Below are positions 40,652 to 50,772 of a DNA stretch of 64,000 nucleotides, one piece after another. The stretch's first letter is position 1. Each line of letters begins with the position of its first letter. The notes beneath the pieces are model-generated. The model was not told the DNA's origin, made no database searches, and worked only from the letters and a program-made list of their open reading frames with translations. Origin of the DNA: an uncultured Rikenellaceae bacterium (GTDB lineage: Bacteria; Bacteroidota; Bacteroidia; Bacteroidales; VadinHA17); NCBI GenBank assembly GCA_964595725.1, contig CAZQRQ010000012.1, positions 994-64,993 on the forward strand, given 5' to 3'. Position numbers and translations under genes: made by a program.

Positions 40652-41530
40652 ATGAAAAAACTCAGAGGTACCGGAGTTGCTATTGTCACCCCTTTCAAGA
40701 ACGATACCAGCATCGATTTTACAGCATTTGGCCGCGTAATAGAACATGTGATTAAAGGTGGAGTGAATTATATAGTTGCGATGGGAACAACAGGAGAATC
40801 CCCTACCCTTACACGTGATGAAAAAAAAGCCATTATTTCATTTGTCCTCGAGGCTATAGACGGCAGAGTACCACTTGTTGTGGGAATCGGAGGTAATAAC
40901 ACACAAGAGATTATTACCAGCATCAGGCATACAAATCTTGACAGGGTTGATGCAGTATTGTCCGTCGCGCCCTACTATAACAAACCCACCCAGCGCGGAC
41001 TTTACCAACACTTCAAAGCCATTACTAACACCTGTCCTGTACCTGTAATACTATACAATGTACCCGGCAGGACGAGCATTAATATTACAGATGAGACATG
41101 TCTTGAACTGGCTCATGATTGTACAGGTATTGTCGGAATAAAGGAAGCTTCGGGCAACCTGGAGCAGATAATGAGGATTCTAAAAGGAAAACCTGACAAT
41201 TTCAGTGTTATCTCGGGTGATGATATGGCAACACTTCCGATAATTGCTGCCGGAGGTTCAGGTGTCATATCTGTTATTGCAAATGTATATCCTTCAGAAT
41301 GGAGTGAAATGGTAAATCATTGCCTGAAATCAAATTTCAAATCAGCCCGGGAAATACAGTACAGGTTCATGGAGATACTGGATCTACTTTTCACAAACGG
41401 CAGCCCTGCGGGCGCAAAAGCTATGCTCAGTTGTAAAGATCTATGCCAGCAATACGTACGCCTGCCACTTGTTCCAGTAAGCAGGCCAGTTTACACAAGG
41501 ATTCAAAAGGCTTTAGAGGAACTGAAATAA
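40652..41530 (+). CDS. dapA: 4-hydroxy-tetrahydrodipicolinate synthase
   Basis: GTGVAIVTPF, MGTTGESPTLT, LYNVPGRT and GIKEASG (Schiff-base Lys context). Confidence 0.93.
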   Translation: MKKLRGTGVAIVTPFKNDTSIDFTAFGRVIEHVIKGGVNYIVAMGTTGESPTLTRDEKKAIISFVLEAIDGRVPLVVGIGGNNTQEIITSIRHTNLDRVDAVLSVAPYYNKPTQRGLYQHFKAITNTCPVPVILYNVPGRTSINITDETCLELAHDCTGIVGIKEASGNLEQIMRILKGKPDNFSVISGDDMATLPIIAAGGSGVISVIANVYPSEWSEMVNHCLKSNFKSAREIQYRFMEILDLLFTNGSPAGAKAMLSCKDLCQQYVRLPLVPVSRPVYTRIQKALEELK

Positions 41531-41538
41531 GTATGCTA

Positions 41539-44500
41539 TCAGGGTTGTGCAGCGGGAGGTGATGCGGATTGAATTTTGCCATGGCACTGCTTATATTTTT
41601 TGCCGCTGCCGCAAGGGCATGGGTCATTCCTGCCTACCTTTTTCTCAACTCTCACCGGTTCAGCTTTCTGAGGCCTGTCAGGTGCTCCTCCACTGGTATC
41701 ACTATATTGCGAGAAATCGCTTTTTGACTCACGCAGCCTGCTCATGTCTACTTTCTTTCTCCTCTCGGCCTCCTTCACCTGGTCAGGATCCTGTGTAGGA
41801 ATATGTCCTTTCATAAGAGTACTTACAACATCCTTGTTGACCTTGTTAACCATTGTCTTGAACAACTCAAACGATTCGAATTTGTAAATAAGAAGGGGAT
41901 CCTTCTGCTCGTATGTTGCATTCTGCACAGATTGTTTAAGCTCATCCATCTCCCGGAGATGTTCCTTCCACTCCTCGTCAATAGTAGCCAGTACAACCGT
42001 CTTCTCGTAAGCCCTGGCAAGTTCTCTTCCTTCACTTTCAGCTGTAGCCTTGAGATTTGTAACCACCTGGAAAACCCTTACCCCATCTGAAATGGGCACT
42101 ACCACATTTTCATATACATGGGACATCCGGTCATAAACATCTTTCAGTACCGGATATGCCTGTGCTGAGATAGCTTCCTCTTTCCTGCCGTAGGTTTCAA
42201 GGACTTTCTTATAAATTAGGTCAGTAATATCAGTTGCCGACATTTTCAGGAAATCCTCCCGGATTACGGGTGAATCCATTGAAAATGAACGAATAAGATC
42301 AAAATCAAATCCTTCAAAATCGCCATCCCTATGGTATGTATCCACCAATGTTTCTGTAACATCAAACATCATATTCGCAACATCAACAGACAGTCTTTCT
42401 CCAAGCAGGGCATGTTTTCTTTTCTTATATATAACCTCGCGCTGGGAGTTCATAACATCATCGTATTCCAGCAGTCTTTTTCTGATCCCGAAATTGTTTT
42501 CCTCAACTTTTTTCTGTGCCCGCTCAATAGATTTGGAGATCATCTGGTGCTGTATCATCTCCCCGTCTTTTAGCCCCAGTCGGTCCATGATACCGGCTAT
42601 CCTTTCTGATCCGAAAATACGCATAAGTTCGTCTTCCAGAGAAACGAAAAACTGGGAGGATCCCGGGTCTCCCTGCCTGCCGGCACGACCCCTGAGCTGC
42701 CTGTCCACCCTCCTCGACTCATGTCTTTCGGTCCCGATTATAGCAAGACCTCCGGCGGCTTTAACTTCGGGACTAAGCTTGATATCCGTTCCCCTTCCGG
42801 CCATATTTGTTGCTATGGTGATTGTTCCTGTTTTACCGGCTTCAGCCACAATATCAGCTTCTCGCTGATGCAGCTTGGCATTGAGTACATTATGCTTCAA
42901 TCCTTTCATTTTCAGCATTCTGCTCAGCAATTCAGATATTTCAACAGATGTTGTTCCAACAAGCACTGGCCTGCCGATTTTGTTCATCAGGAGTATCTCA
43001 TCTATTACGGCATTGTACTTTTCTCTTTTTGTCTTGTAAATGATATCTTCCCTGTCATACCTTATACATGGCACATTAGTAGGGATAACAACAACATCCA
43101 GCTTGTAGATATTCCATAATTCTCCGGCCTCTGTCTCAGCTGTACCGGTCATCCCGGCAAGCTTATGATACATCCTGAAATAGTTCTGCAGCGTGATGGT
43201 GGCATACGTCTGTGTGGCAGCTTCAACCTTTACGTTTTCCTTAGCCTCGATAGCCTGGTGAAGTCCGTCGGAGTATCTTCTGCCCTCCAGGATTCTGCCT
43301 GTCTGTTCATCTACAATCTTAACCTTGTTATCCATCACAACGTATTCAGTGTCCCTCTCAAAAAGAGTATATGCTTTAAGCAACTGGGTCATGGTATGGA
43401 CTCTGTCGGATTTTACTGAATAGTCCTGGAGCAGCTCATCTTTAGCCCTGATCTTATCACGATCGCTTGATTCCGATTTTTCAATTTCAGCAATGCTCGA
43501 ACCCACATCAGGAAGGATGAAAAAGCTACTATCCTCCACGGAAGTGGAGATCAGATCAATACCTTTTTCGGTAAGTTCTATTGAATTTGCCTTTTCATCA
43601 ATTATAAAATAGAGCTCATCGGTTACCTTGGGCATATCCTTGCTATTGTTCTGCATGTAGAAGTTCTCTGTTTTAAGCAACAGGCTTTTGTTACCTTCCT
43701 CACTGAGATACTTGATGAGAGCATTATTTTTTGGAAGACCTTTATATACCCTGAGAAGAAGCATGCCTCCCTCTTCAGTTTTACCATCCCCTATAAGTCG
43801 TTTGGAATCTGCCAGGACCTGTGTTACAAGTTTCTTTTGTGCACTTACCAGCTTTTCAACTTTTGGTTTGAGTTCATCGAACTGCTGGTTATCAGCCTTT
43901 GCTGTCGGACCTGAAATAATCAATGGAGTCCTTGCATCATCAATCAGTACTGAGTCCACCTCATCCACGATGGCATAGTGATGGCGGCGCTGAACAAGGT
44001 CCTCAGGGTTTATCGCCATATTATCCCTTAGGTAGTCGAATCCAAATTCATTATTAGTGCCATAAGTTATGTCAGCCAGATAGGCTTTACGTCTCTCAGC
44101 AGAATTTGGCTGATGCTTGTCAATACAATCTATTGTAAGTCCGTGGAACTCAAAAATCGGTCCCATCCATTCAGAGTCTCGTTTTGACAGATAATCATTT
44201 ACCGTAACCAGGTGGACGCCTCGTCCAGCAAGAGCATTAAGGAATACAGGTAATGTAGCAACGACTGTTTTTCCTTCACCTGTAGCCATCTCAGCAATTT
44301 TTCCTTTATGAAGAGCCACACCACCAATGAGCTGAACATCATAATGAACCATATCCCAGGTGATCTCGTTACCCCCTGCTATCCATTTATTATCCCAGTA
44401 TGCCTTGTCTCCTTTTACAGTGATTCCTGGTCTGGTTGCTGCCAGGTCCTTGTCGTACTGTCTTGCCGTAACTTCAAGAGTACTGTTCTCCTTAAACCTC

Positions 44501-44862
44501 CTGGCAGTTTCCTTAACTACAGCAAAAGCAACTGGCAGGTGCTCATCCAGTACGGTCTCAAGATTATCTTCTATTTGCTTTTCCAGCTTATCAATGTCTG
44601 TATAGATCTCCTCTTTAATGTAAACATCTTCTTCTTTGTCAGCCTTTGCCTTCAGATTACGGATATTCTCTTCGTCCGAAGAAATAGCCTTCTTAATCTG
44701 TTGTCGTACATTAAGAGTCATGTCCCTCAGCTGGTCGTTGGTAAGTGATTGCAGTTTACTGTATTCAGCATGTACCAGTTCGACATAAGGACTTATTTCC
44801 TTAATGTCTCTTTCATACTTGTTGCCAAGAAAGAGGCCAAGTACTTTGTTTACTACACTCAT
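41539..44862 (-). CDS. secA: Preprotein translocase ATPase subunit SecA
   Basis: [14 protein letters not shown] (Walker A), [12 protein letters not shown], and the C-terminal SEC-C zinc motif [14 protein letters not shown]. Confidence 0.97.
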   Translation of the reverse strand: MSVVNKVLGLFLGNKYERDIKEISPYVELVHAEYSKLQSLTNDQLRDMTLNVRQQIKKAISSDEENIRNLKAKADKEEDVYIKEEIYTDIDKLEKQIEDNLETVLDEHLPVAFAVVKETARRFKENSTLEVTARQYDKDLAATRPGITVKGDKAYWDNKWIAGGNEITWDMVHYDVQLIGGVALHKGKIAEMATGEGKTVVATLPVFLNALAGRGVHLVTVNDYLSKRDSEWMGPIFEFHGLTIDCIDKHQPNSAERRKAYLADITYGTNNEFGFDYLRDNMAINPEDLVQRRHHYAIVDEVDSVLIDDARTPLIISGPTAKADNQQFDELKPKVEKLVSAQKKLVTQVLADSKRLIGDGKTEEGGMLLLRVYKGLPKNNALIKYLSEEGNKSLLLKTENFYMQNNSKDMPKVTDELYFIIDEKANSIELTEKGIDLISTSVEDSSFFILPDVGSSIAEIEKSESSDRDKIRAKDELLQDYSVKSDRVHTMTQLLKAYTLFERDTEYVVMDNKVKIVDEQTGRILEGRRYSDGLHQAIEAKENVKVEAATQTYATITLQNYFRMYHKLAGMTGTAETEAGELWNIYKLDVVVIPTNVPCIRYDREDIIYKTKREKYNAVIDEILLMNKIGRPVLVGTTSVEISELLSRMLKMKGLKHNVLNAKLHQREADIVAEAGKTGTITIATNMAGRGTDIKLSPEVKAAGGLAIIGTERHESRRVDRQLRGRAGRQGDPGSSQFFVSLEDELMRIFGSERIAGIMDRLGLKDGEMIQHQMISKSIERAQKKVEENNFGIRKRLLEYDDVMNSQREVIYKKRKHALLGERLSVDVANMMFDVTETLVDTYHRDGDFEGFDFDLIRSFSMDSPVIREDFLKMSATDITDLIYKKVLETYGRKEEAISAQAYPVLKDVYDRMSHVYENVVVPISDGVRVFQVVTNLKATAESEGRELARAYEKTVVLATIDEEWKEHLREMDELKQSVQNATYEQKDPLLIYKFESFELFKTMVNKVNKDVVSTLMKGHIPTQDPDQVKEAERRKKVDMSRLRESKSDFSQYSDTSGGAPDRPQKAEPVRVEKKVGRNDPCPCGSGKKYKQCHGKIQSASPPAAQP

Positions 44863-44947
44863 CGTTTTCTAGCTTCTTAAAATATCCCGCAAAATTAGCT
44901 TAATTTTCTCATAAATACAGAGCCTGAAGGCTTTAATTGAGATGATC

Positions 44948-47422
44948 CTACCAGAGCTTTGTGTATTTGGCGTAACTGACTGTCCTTCCTGATTTAAAAA
45001 GGATAATATACATACCCGGGGGTGATTTTGATATATCGATCTCATTGCCAGTATATCCTAAAGTTCCGTCCAATACAGGAATTCCAGCTGTATTATAAAC
45101 AATATAGTCAATCCTATTCTCAGATTCAGCAATCCGTGGATCAATAAATATCCGCCCATTTCCCGGGTTCGGATAAATCAAAATTTGTGTCTTTGCCAGG
45201 TCATCAATTCCGTCGGTAACAGATCCGATAACGAGATTATCTATCGCCCAGCCCCAACCATGAGCGTACGGATCCGAGTAGAGCCTGAAGCGTATAAGCA
45301 GCGTGTCTCCTTTATTGAATTTATCAAAAGTCCTTATATCTATAATATGGGATCTGAATAGATCAGGAGTCCCTGCAGCAGTAGAGTTCATTCCAATGAT
45401 TTCACTATTATATGCTGACACAAAAGCAGAATTCACCCTGCAGTCGTAACCGTCAGCCAGTGGGAACCAGGTAAGGCCAAGATCTTTTGAGCCTTCAACA
45501 ATCACATAATCATAGAAATCCTGTGATCCGTAGAAAGATCCCGGTTCACCGGGTTCTACCAGTACAATTTCATCATAAGAAATAAACAGGCCTGATGTGT
45601 CGATCTTAACTGGGTCCCTAAGGTAGGCGGTGTACTCAATGGTCCCATCGTCTGTTTCAGGGCTTTCATATGGATGAACTGTATTTAGTCCGGGATTTGT
45701 GAACTGGCTGGGTGTTGTTATCGAAAAGCCTGTATTCAGAAAATGGGTGGATGCATCTGAAAAATCAGTCGCGTAATTATTCACTACTGGGAAAGTAGCA
45801 TTAAAATGGATTGAATAATATCCCGTGGAGGGCAGAATAACAGAGTTTGCCGAAGATGATTTATCTACGGCAATAATCCTGTACCGAATCGAATCACCTT
45901 CAACTACAGATTCCGGAAGAAGGTTCAATGTCCCGCTGTAATTATCTGAACTGTCATTCTTTAGCCCAAAACTTTTCAGCACTCCTATATTCTTTGTGTA
46001 CTCGATGTAAACTGTATCAACACCAATATTATCTGTTGCTATTGCCCGGAAGAGCAGTGAGGGCGTCCTATCGTAATAATCCCCCAGTCTGGCATGATTC
46101 AGCTTTGGCCTGACAGTATCCGTTCCAACGAAGAAAGTGTATGGTTCATCCTTACCCCGTGAAGGAAAGTGATAATTCCTGTCAAAAGTATCCACCACAT
46201 AGAGAAAATAACTTACCGGGATCTCATAGGAAGGAATATCAAGAGATATCCTGAATGTATCGTCACTAACCGGTGTTACAAGGAACAATGTATCAGATGA
46301 TACGAAATTGTCGAATGAATAAACCAGTCCAACATGATCTCTATCAAATATCGTATCTGACTCAACAACCGCTTTTATATCTGCTTCAGTGATATATGAT
46401 TCTGTGTCGTGAAAAGGTTCATGAATAACTCGTGTATTCACCCATCCCAGATCGCCAAGTATAGAAAGTGTAAGATCACCCGGTGAGTGTATTGCTTCAC
46501 CAAGCGAAATATAAGGAGTCATAAGCTGGTCCTTAGTTGCAGTGGCATCCTCATCCAGGTGTGATATGCTTGATCCCGGATCAAATTCTTCCGGAGCAAA
46601 TATCCTGGGTCGGATCCCGAAGGTATACCTGCTGACAAGCGGACCGTCAAAGTAAAGGGCATTCCCTGTCAGCTGGTCACCAAGAAGCTTGGAACTATTA
46701 TCGAAATTATCCGGATCGATGAGTTGCAATCCCTTCTTGGTTTCAATGAAACTATCATAAATGGTAACCGGGGGATATCCCCGTTGTCCGTAACTGCCAA
46801 TTTCATTATCCACATAGAAGCTGTCAAAAAAGCCCAAACCATGGCATAGTTCATGAATAACTACAGTTACCATGTCGTACATATTCTCCGGAGTATTTCC
46901 ATTAATACCAGTATACCATGCTCCCCTGCTGTTGAGAGTCAGTTCTATATCAGGTTCAGTTTCAAAGTTGAGGCTACCTCCTATAATTTTTTCGGCCAGT
47001 GAAACCGGGTAATACAAGTCTGGAAAGAGACCGTTTATACCTGATCCCTTGTATACCGATGGAACACTTGTCTGCCCAAGGACCCCGCTTTCAGTTATGG
47101 CTTCCAGGTTTGCTTTAATTGTGAAATGTGCGTCAGATGGTAAAATCGAGGCAAGAATTGATACCGCATTTTCAAATGCAGCCTGGGTTGTTGTCGTAAA
47201 CCCGCTATAGATAACAGTAATATCTGCTCCCTTGGATTTGTCTGTGATATAGAATTCCTTTGGTGGCGGGATATATATCCTGTTCACTTTTTTTCCTGCG
47301 TAGCATACTCCGGCAGGTATGTTCTTCCTGATAACTTCCTGGCTTTGCACTGACGCAGAAAGAAATGCGGTTAATACCATTAATATTATTACCCGTCTGC
47401 TAGATATAGTGAAACGACCCAT
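44948..47422 (-). CDS. Secreted zinc-metalloprotease-like protein with a T9SS (Por) C-terminal sorting domain
   Basis: Signal peptide VIILMVLTAFLSASVQSQ. Zinc site VVIHELCHGLGFFD (HExxHxxGxxD). The C-terminal roughly 80 aa, ILIYPNPGNGRIFID...GMYIILFKSGRTVSYAKYTKLW, resemble the Por secretion tail. Confidence 0.72.
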   Translation of the reverse strand: MGRFTISSRRVIILMVLTAFLSASVQSQEVIRKNIPAGVCYAGKKVNRIYIPPPKEFYITDKSKGADITVIYSGFTTTTQAAFENAVSILASILPSDAHFTIKANLEAITESGVLGQTSVPSVYKGSGINGLFPDLYYPVSLAEKIIGGSLNFETEPDIELTLNSRGAWYTGINGNTPENMYDMVTVVIHELCHGLGFFDSFYVDNEIGSYGQRGYPPVTIYDSFIETKKGLQLIDPDNFDNSSKLLGDQLTGNALYFDGPLVSRYTFGIRPRIFAPEEFDPGSSISHLDEDATATKDQLMTPYISLGEAIHSPGDLTLSILGDLGWVNTRVIHEPFHDTESYITEADIKAVVESDTIFDRDHVGLVYSFDNFVSSDTLFLVTPVSDDTFRISLDIPSYEIPVSYFLYVVDTFDRNYHFPSRGKDEPYTFFVGTDTVRPKLNHARLGDYYDRTPSLLFRAIATDNIGVDTVYIEYTKNIGVLKSFGLKNDSSDNYSGTLNLLPESVVEGDSIRYRIIAVDKSSSANSVILPSTGYYSIHFNATFPVVNNYATDFSDASTHFLNTGFSITTPSQFTNPGLNTVHPYESPETDDGTIEYTAYLRDPVKIDTSGLFISYDEIVLVEPGEPGSFYGSQDFYDYVIVEGSKDLGLTWFPLADGYDCRVNSAFVSAYNSEIIGMNSTAAGTPDLFRSHIIDIRTFDKFNKGDTLLIRFRLYSDPYAHGWGWAIDNLVIGSVTDGIDDLAKTQILIYPNPGNGRIFIDPRIAESENRIDYIVYNTAGIPVLDGTLGYTGNEIDISKSPPGMYIILFKSGRTVSYAKYTKLW

Positions 47423-47520
47423 TCCTCAACAAGATACATTAATCTCACTTCAGTACAAAACACTAAAACCAACATGATGTTTACAAAACAAATATATAAG
47501 GATTTCTATTGTAACAAATT

Positions 47521-48036
47521 TCAGGCCTGAGGCGACTCAGAATTATCTGCAGCCGACCTCAGACTTATAATATCCCTGTCAAATACATATAGGTTGCCCG
47601 GACCTGTAAGTCTGAGTTTATCTATAATAGTACGTACGGAAGATTCCTCTTCAACCTGCTCGGTGAGGAACCATTGCAGAAAATTATTAGTATTATAATC
47701 TTTCTCCTCAAGTGTCAGGTGTGCAATTTCGTTAATACTAGCAGTAATGAACTCTTCATGTTTCAGCACTGCATCAAAAAGTTCCTCAGGATTTGAGAAT
47801 TCTGATGGAGGCTTCTTAAAAGAAGGTATGATTGTAGTTCCTCCTCTTTCATTTATATATTTTATGAATTTCAGGAAATGGACTCTTTCTTCTTCTGCCT
47901 GCGCATATAACCAACCCGCAATGCCAGGAAATCCTTTATTCTCAGCCCATGATGCCATTGAGAGGTACAGGTTGGATGAATAACCTTCTCTCTCAACCTG
48001 CCTGTTTAAAAGGTCTTCAACTTTTTTAGCTATCAT
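47521..48036 (-). CDS. ftnA: Ferritin (non-heme, Ftn-type)
   Basis: LNRQVEREGYSSNLYLSMASW...AQAEEERVHFLKFIKYINERGG supplies the ferroxidase-centre residues. Confidence 0.9.
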   Translation of the reverse strand: MIAKKVEDLLNRQVEREGYSSNLYLSMASWAENKGFPGIAGWLYAQAEEERVHFLKFIKYINERGGTTIIPSFKKPPSEFSNPEELFDAVLKHEEFITASINEIAHLTLEEKDYNTNNFLQWFLTEQVEEESSVRTIIDKLRLTGPGNLYVFDRDIISLRSAADNSESPQA

Positions 48037-48079
48037 AATTATTGATTTTATTAACTTCTATACTTATAACAATTCAACT

Positions 48080-48457
48080 TTAATCTTGTTCCGGTTCAAT
48101 TAAAAACTCAATCTTTGAAATTAGGTCATTGATTGAGAATGGTTTCGGCAATACCACATCTGCGCCGAGGGCCCTGGCGAGACTAAGATAGTTTGCCGGG
48201 CCTGCTTTCCCTCCACCTGAAATGGCAACAATTTTAATATCTGGCTTCATTTCCTTAAGACGCATAATAACTTTTAACCCGTCCTCATCAGGCATAATAA
48301 GGTCGGTGATGACCAGATCCGTCATAGCTGGTTTGAATTTAGTTATAGCTTCCATTCCATTTGAAGCTTCCTGAATGGAATATTTTCGCCTGACAAGAGT
48401 TGTCTTAAGCATCTCCCTCATATCATTATCATCCTCAACTATAAGTATTCCTGCCAT
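48080..48457 (-). CDS. Single-domain response regulator (CheY-like receiver)
   Basis: ILIVEDDNDM, DLVITDLIMP (phospho-acceptor Asp), AISGG and LPKPF are canonical receiver motifs. There is no output domain. Confidence 0.88.
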   Translation of the reverse strand: MAGILIVEDDNDMREMLKTTLVRRKYSIQEASNGMEAITKFKPAMTDLVITDLIMPDEDGLKVIMRLKEMKPDIKIVAISGGGKAGPANYLSLARALGADVVLPKPFSINDLISKIEFLIEPEQD

Positions 48458-48467
48458 TTCACTAAGA

Positions 48468-50735
48468 TCAGACTAATGAGACCTGTATTGCATTATTTAT
48501 TTCCCTGAGCGAAACAGGTTTATGCAGGACCTGTTTTGCGACCCCCGAATTTAGCAATTTTTCTTTTGATAAATATTGATCACTGTCAGTTATAAGGATT
48601 AACGGTATTTTAATCTCAAGCTGGTTTATTAGATCATAAATCAAATCGGAGTTAATATCCTCAGAATCATCCATATAAATAATTGTATCAGGATGTTTTG
48701 CATGATCTGACAAAATACCGGTAAGGCCAGCAGAGTCGGAAGCGAAGGTAAGTGTATAACCTTGGCGTTCAAGCGCCAAAGACAGGACACGTGATTCATG
48801 CGGACTTCCGCTTATGAGAAGGATCTTGCCCCTTTTACCGGTTGATATTTCAATAGCCGGATAATCCTTGGCTACCGGAAGGTAAACCGTAAAGACAGTC
48901 CCCTGTCCCTTTTTGCTTGAAACCAGTATTTCCCCTTCAATCTCTGATATTATACCATGAACAACAGATAATCCGAGTCCGGTACCCTTACCTACTTCCT
49001 TTGTAGTAAAATATGGTTCAAAGATTCTGTCGACCACAGATGGCTCCATTCCTATACCTGTATCTTCAATCATAACCATAATATATTCATCCGCAACAAT
49101 GTCCCTGGTCAGATCATGCCTTATAGCAGTGCCATCAACCAAGATTGATGACAGGTTCAGTGCCCCTCCTTTACTGTCCATAGCCTGGATTCCATTTGTC
49201 ATAAGATTCAGGAAGACCCTGAAAAGCTGTATCGGATCGGCAAGGACAAAACTCCCTGTTTCACGTATATCGCATTTAATAATTACGTTGTCAGGTTTTC
49301 CGGATTCAATGAATCCCACTGTCTCTTCCAGTACTTCCTTAACATTAACGGCAATTCTTTCCTGCTCAACCTGCCTGCTGAATGTAAGGATCTGTCCTGT
49401 AATATTCTTCGCTTTTGTTACAGCAGAAATAATTTTGATGATTTTATCCCGGATCCCGGTGTTCTCCATATTCTCTTCCAGCATCATTTCGGAATAGCCT
49501 ATTATGGTACCCAGGATATTATTGAAATCATGAGCTAGTCCACCAGCCAAAGCACCTATTGTTTCAAGTTTCTGAGCCTGCATCAGTCTGCTTTCAAGCA
49601 TCAACTCACGTGAACAGTCTTCAAATGCAAAATCGATAAATGACTGGGACGAATCCTCACTGTCAACTATAAATCCACTGATCCTGCACATAATCCCGGT
49701 TCCATTGAAAGTATAAAGTTGCACCCTGCCAAATGTTTTTATTTTATGAGATTCCAACTGGTTGAGGTGAATGCTGAAAAGACCCTTCTCTGAATAGAAT
49801 TCACTTATAGTAAGCCCAGCCATATTTGTCTCGTGCTCAACCTCCATAATGTTCATGAAAGCCCGGTTTGCATGAATAATTGTGCCATCGAGTTCGCATC
49901 TAACGAATCCTATTGGAAGGTTGGTTTCAAGCTTTTTGAACTCCTCTTCCATTTCCCTTACAACCTGCTGAGAAAGCCTGAGCTCTGTAACGTCGTAAGT
50001 TTCAGCAAGTAAATATTCAATTTCGGTATTATCCCTATTTATGGGACGGAAAACAACTTCGTAATATCTGTTCCCAAAGAGCGGTGTAATGAAGTTAGCT
50101 TCATAGCGGACTGTATCGCCGTTAAAACACATGTCAATATTCCCTTTGATCTTTTCAATAAAAGTATCATCGCCCCACACTTCTGACAATGTTTTACCTA
50201 CTATTTCCTGAGCTTCAATATTATGTGCACTGCAGAATTTGGCATTTACCTTCTCATACCGGTAGTCGCGGTTGATAATACTTAACATCGACCTGGAATT
50301 CTCTGCAATATAATCGTTGAATACTTTATCCCTTGCCAGCTCAGTCAAAGCAAAGCGCTCATTGACTGCCCTGCTGATCATGACAAGCTGAGATTTTATT
50401 TTGTTGGCAGAAAAAGAAGATATAATGTCAAATGCGCCGTTCTCCAATATACTAACAGAGTCTTCAGAGCTATCATCCGAAACAATAAAAATTACCAGTG
50501 CATTAGGCCAGTACCTAAGTATAGCTTTAAGGATAATCTTCCAGTTATCATCTTTACCTGACTTATCAATATAAACCACATCATTTTGCCTTTCATTGAC
50601 CGTTTCCAGGAAAGCACTTTCAAAATAATACCAGGAGATATTATCTGAACCAGTAATATTTTGCAGTTCTTCAATAAGTTTTTCGCCTAGAGATCTGTTT
50701 TCCGTGATAACTGATATTTGAATCTCTTTATTCAC
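48468..50735 (-). CDS. PAS-domain sensor histidine kinase flanked by N- and C-terminal receiver-like domains
   Basis: H-box GLAHDFNNILGTIIGYSE, N-box LMTNGIQAM, and G-boxes EDTGIGM and GTGLGLSVVHG. At least two PAS-like segments lie upstream. The terminal domains have the receiver-fold pattern but lack the usual acidic pair. Confidence 0.85.
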   Translation of the reverse strand: MNKEIQISVITENRSLGEKLIEELQNITGSDNISWYYFESAFLETVNERQNDVVYIDKSGKDDNWKIILKAILRYWPNALVIFIVSDDSSEDSVSILENGAFDIISSFSANKIKSQLVMISRAVNERFALTELARDKVFNDYIAENSRSMLSIINRDYRYEKVNAKFCSAHNIEAQEIVGKTLSEVWGDDTFIEKIKGNIDMCFNGDTVRYEANFITPLFGNRYYEVVFRPINRDNTEIEYLLAETYDVTELRLSQQVVREMEEEFKKLETNLPIGFVRCELDGTIIHANRAFMNIMEVEHETNMAGLTISEFYSEKGLFSIHLNQLESHKIKTFGRVQLYTFNGTGIMCRISGFIVDSEDSSQSFIDFAFEDCSRELMLESRLMQAQKLETIGALAGGLAHDFNNILGTIIGYSEMMLEENMENTGIRDKIIKIISAVTKAKNITGQILTFSRQVEQERIAVNVKEVLEETVGFIESGKPDNVIIKCDIRETGSFVLADPIQLFRVFLNLMTNGIQAMDSKGGALNLSSILVDGTAIRHDLTRDIVADEYIMVMIEDTGIGMEPSVVDRIFEPYFTTKEVGKGTGLGLSVVHGIISEIEGEILVSSKKGQGTVFTVYLPVAKDYPAIEISTGKRGKILLISGSPHESRVLSLALERQGYTLTFASDSAGLTGILSDHAKHPDTIIYMDDSEDINSDLIYDLINQLEIKIPLILITDSDQYLSKEKLLNSGVAKQVLHKPVSLREINNAIQVSLV

Positions 50736-50772
50736 TTTTTTTTCATCTGGCTTATTTTAAAAATAAAGAAGA

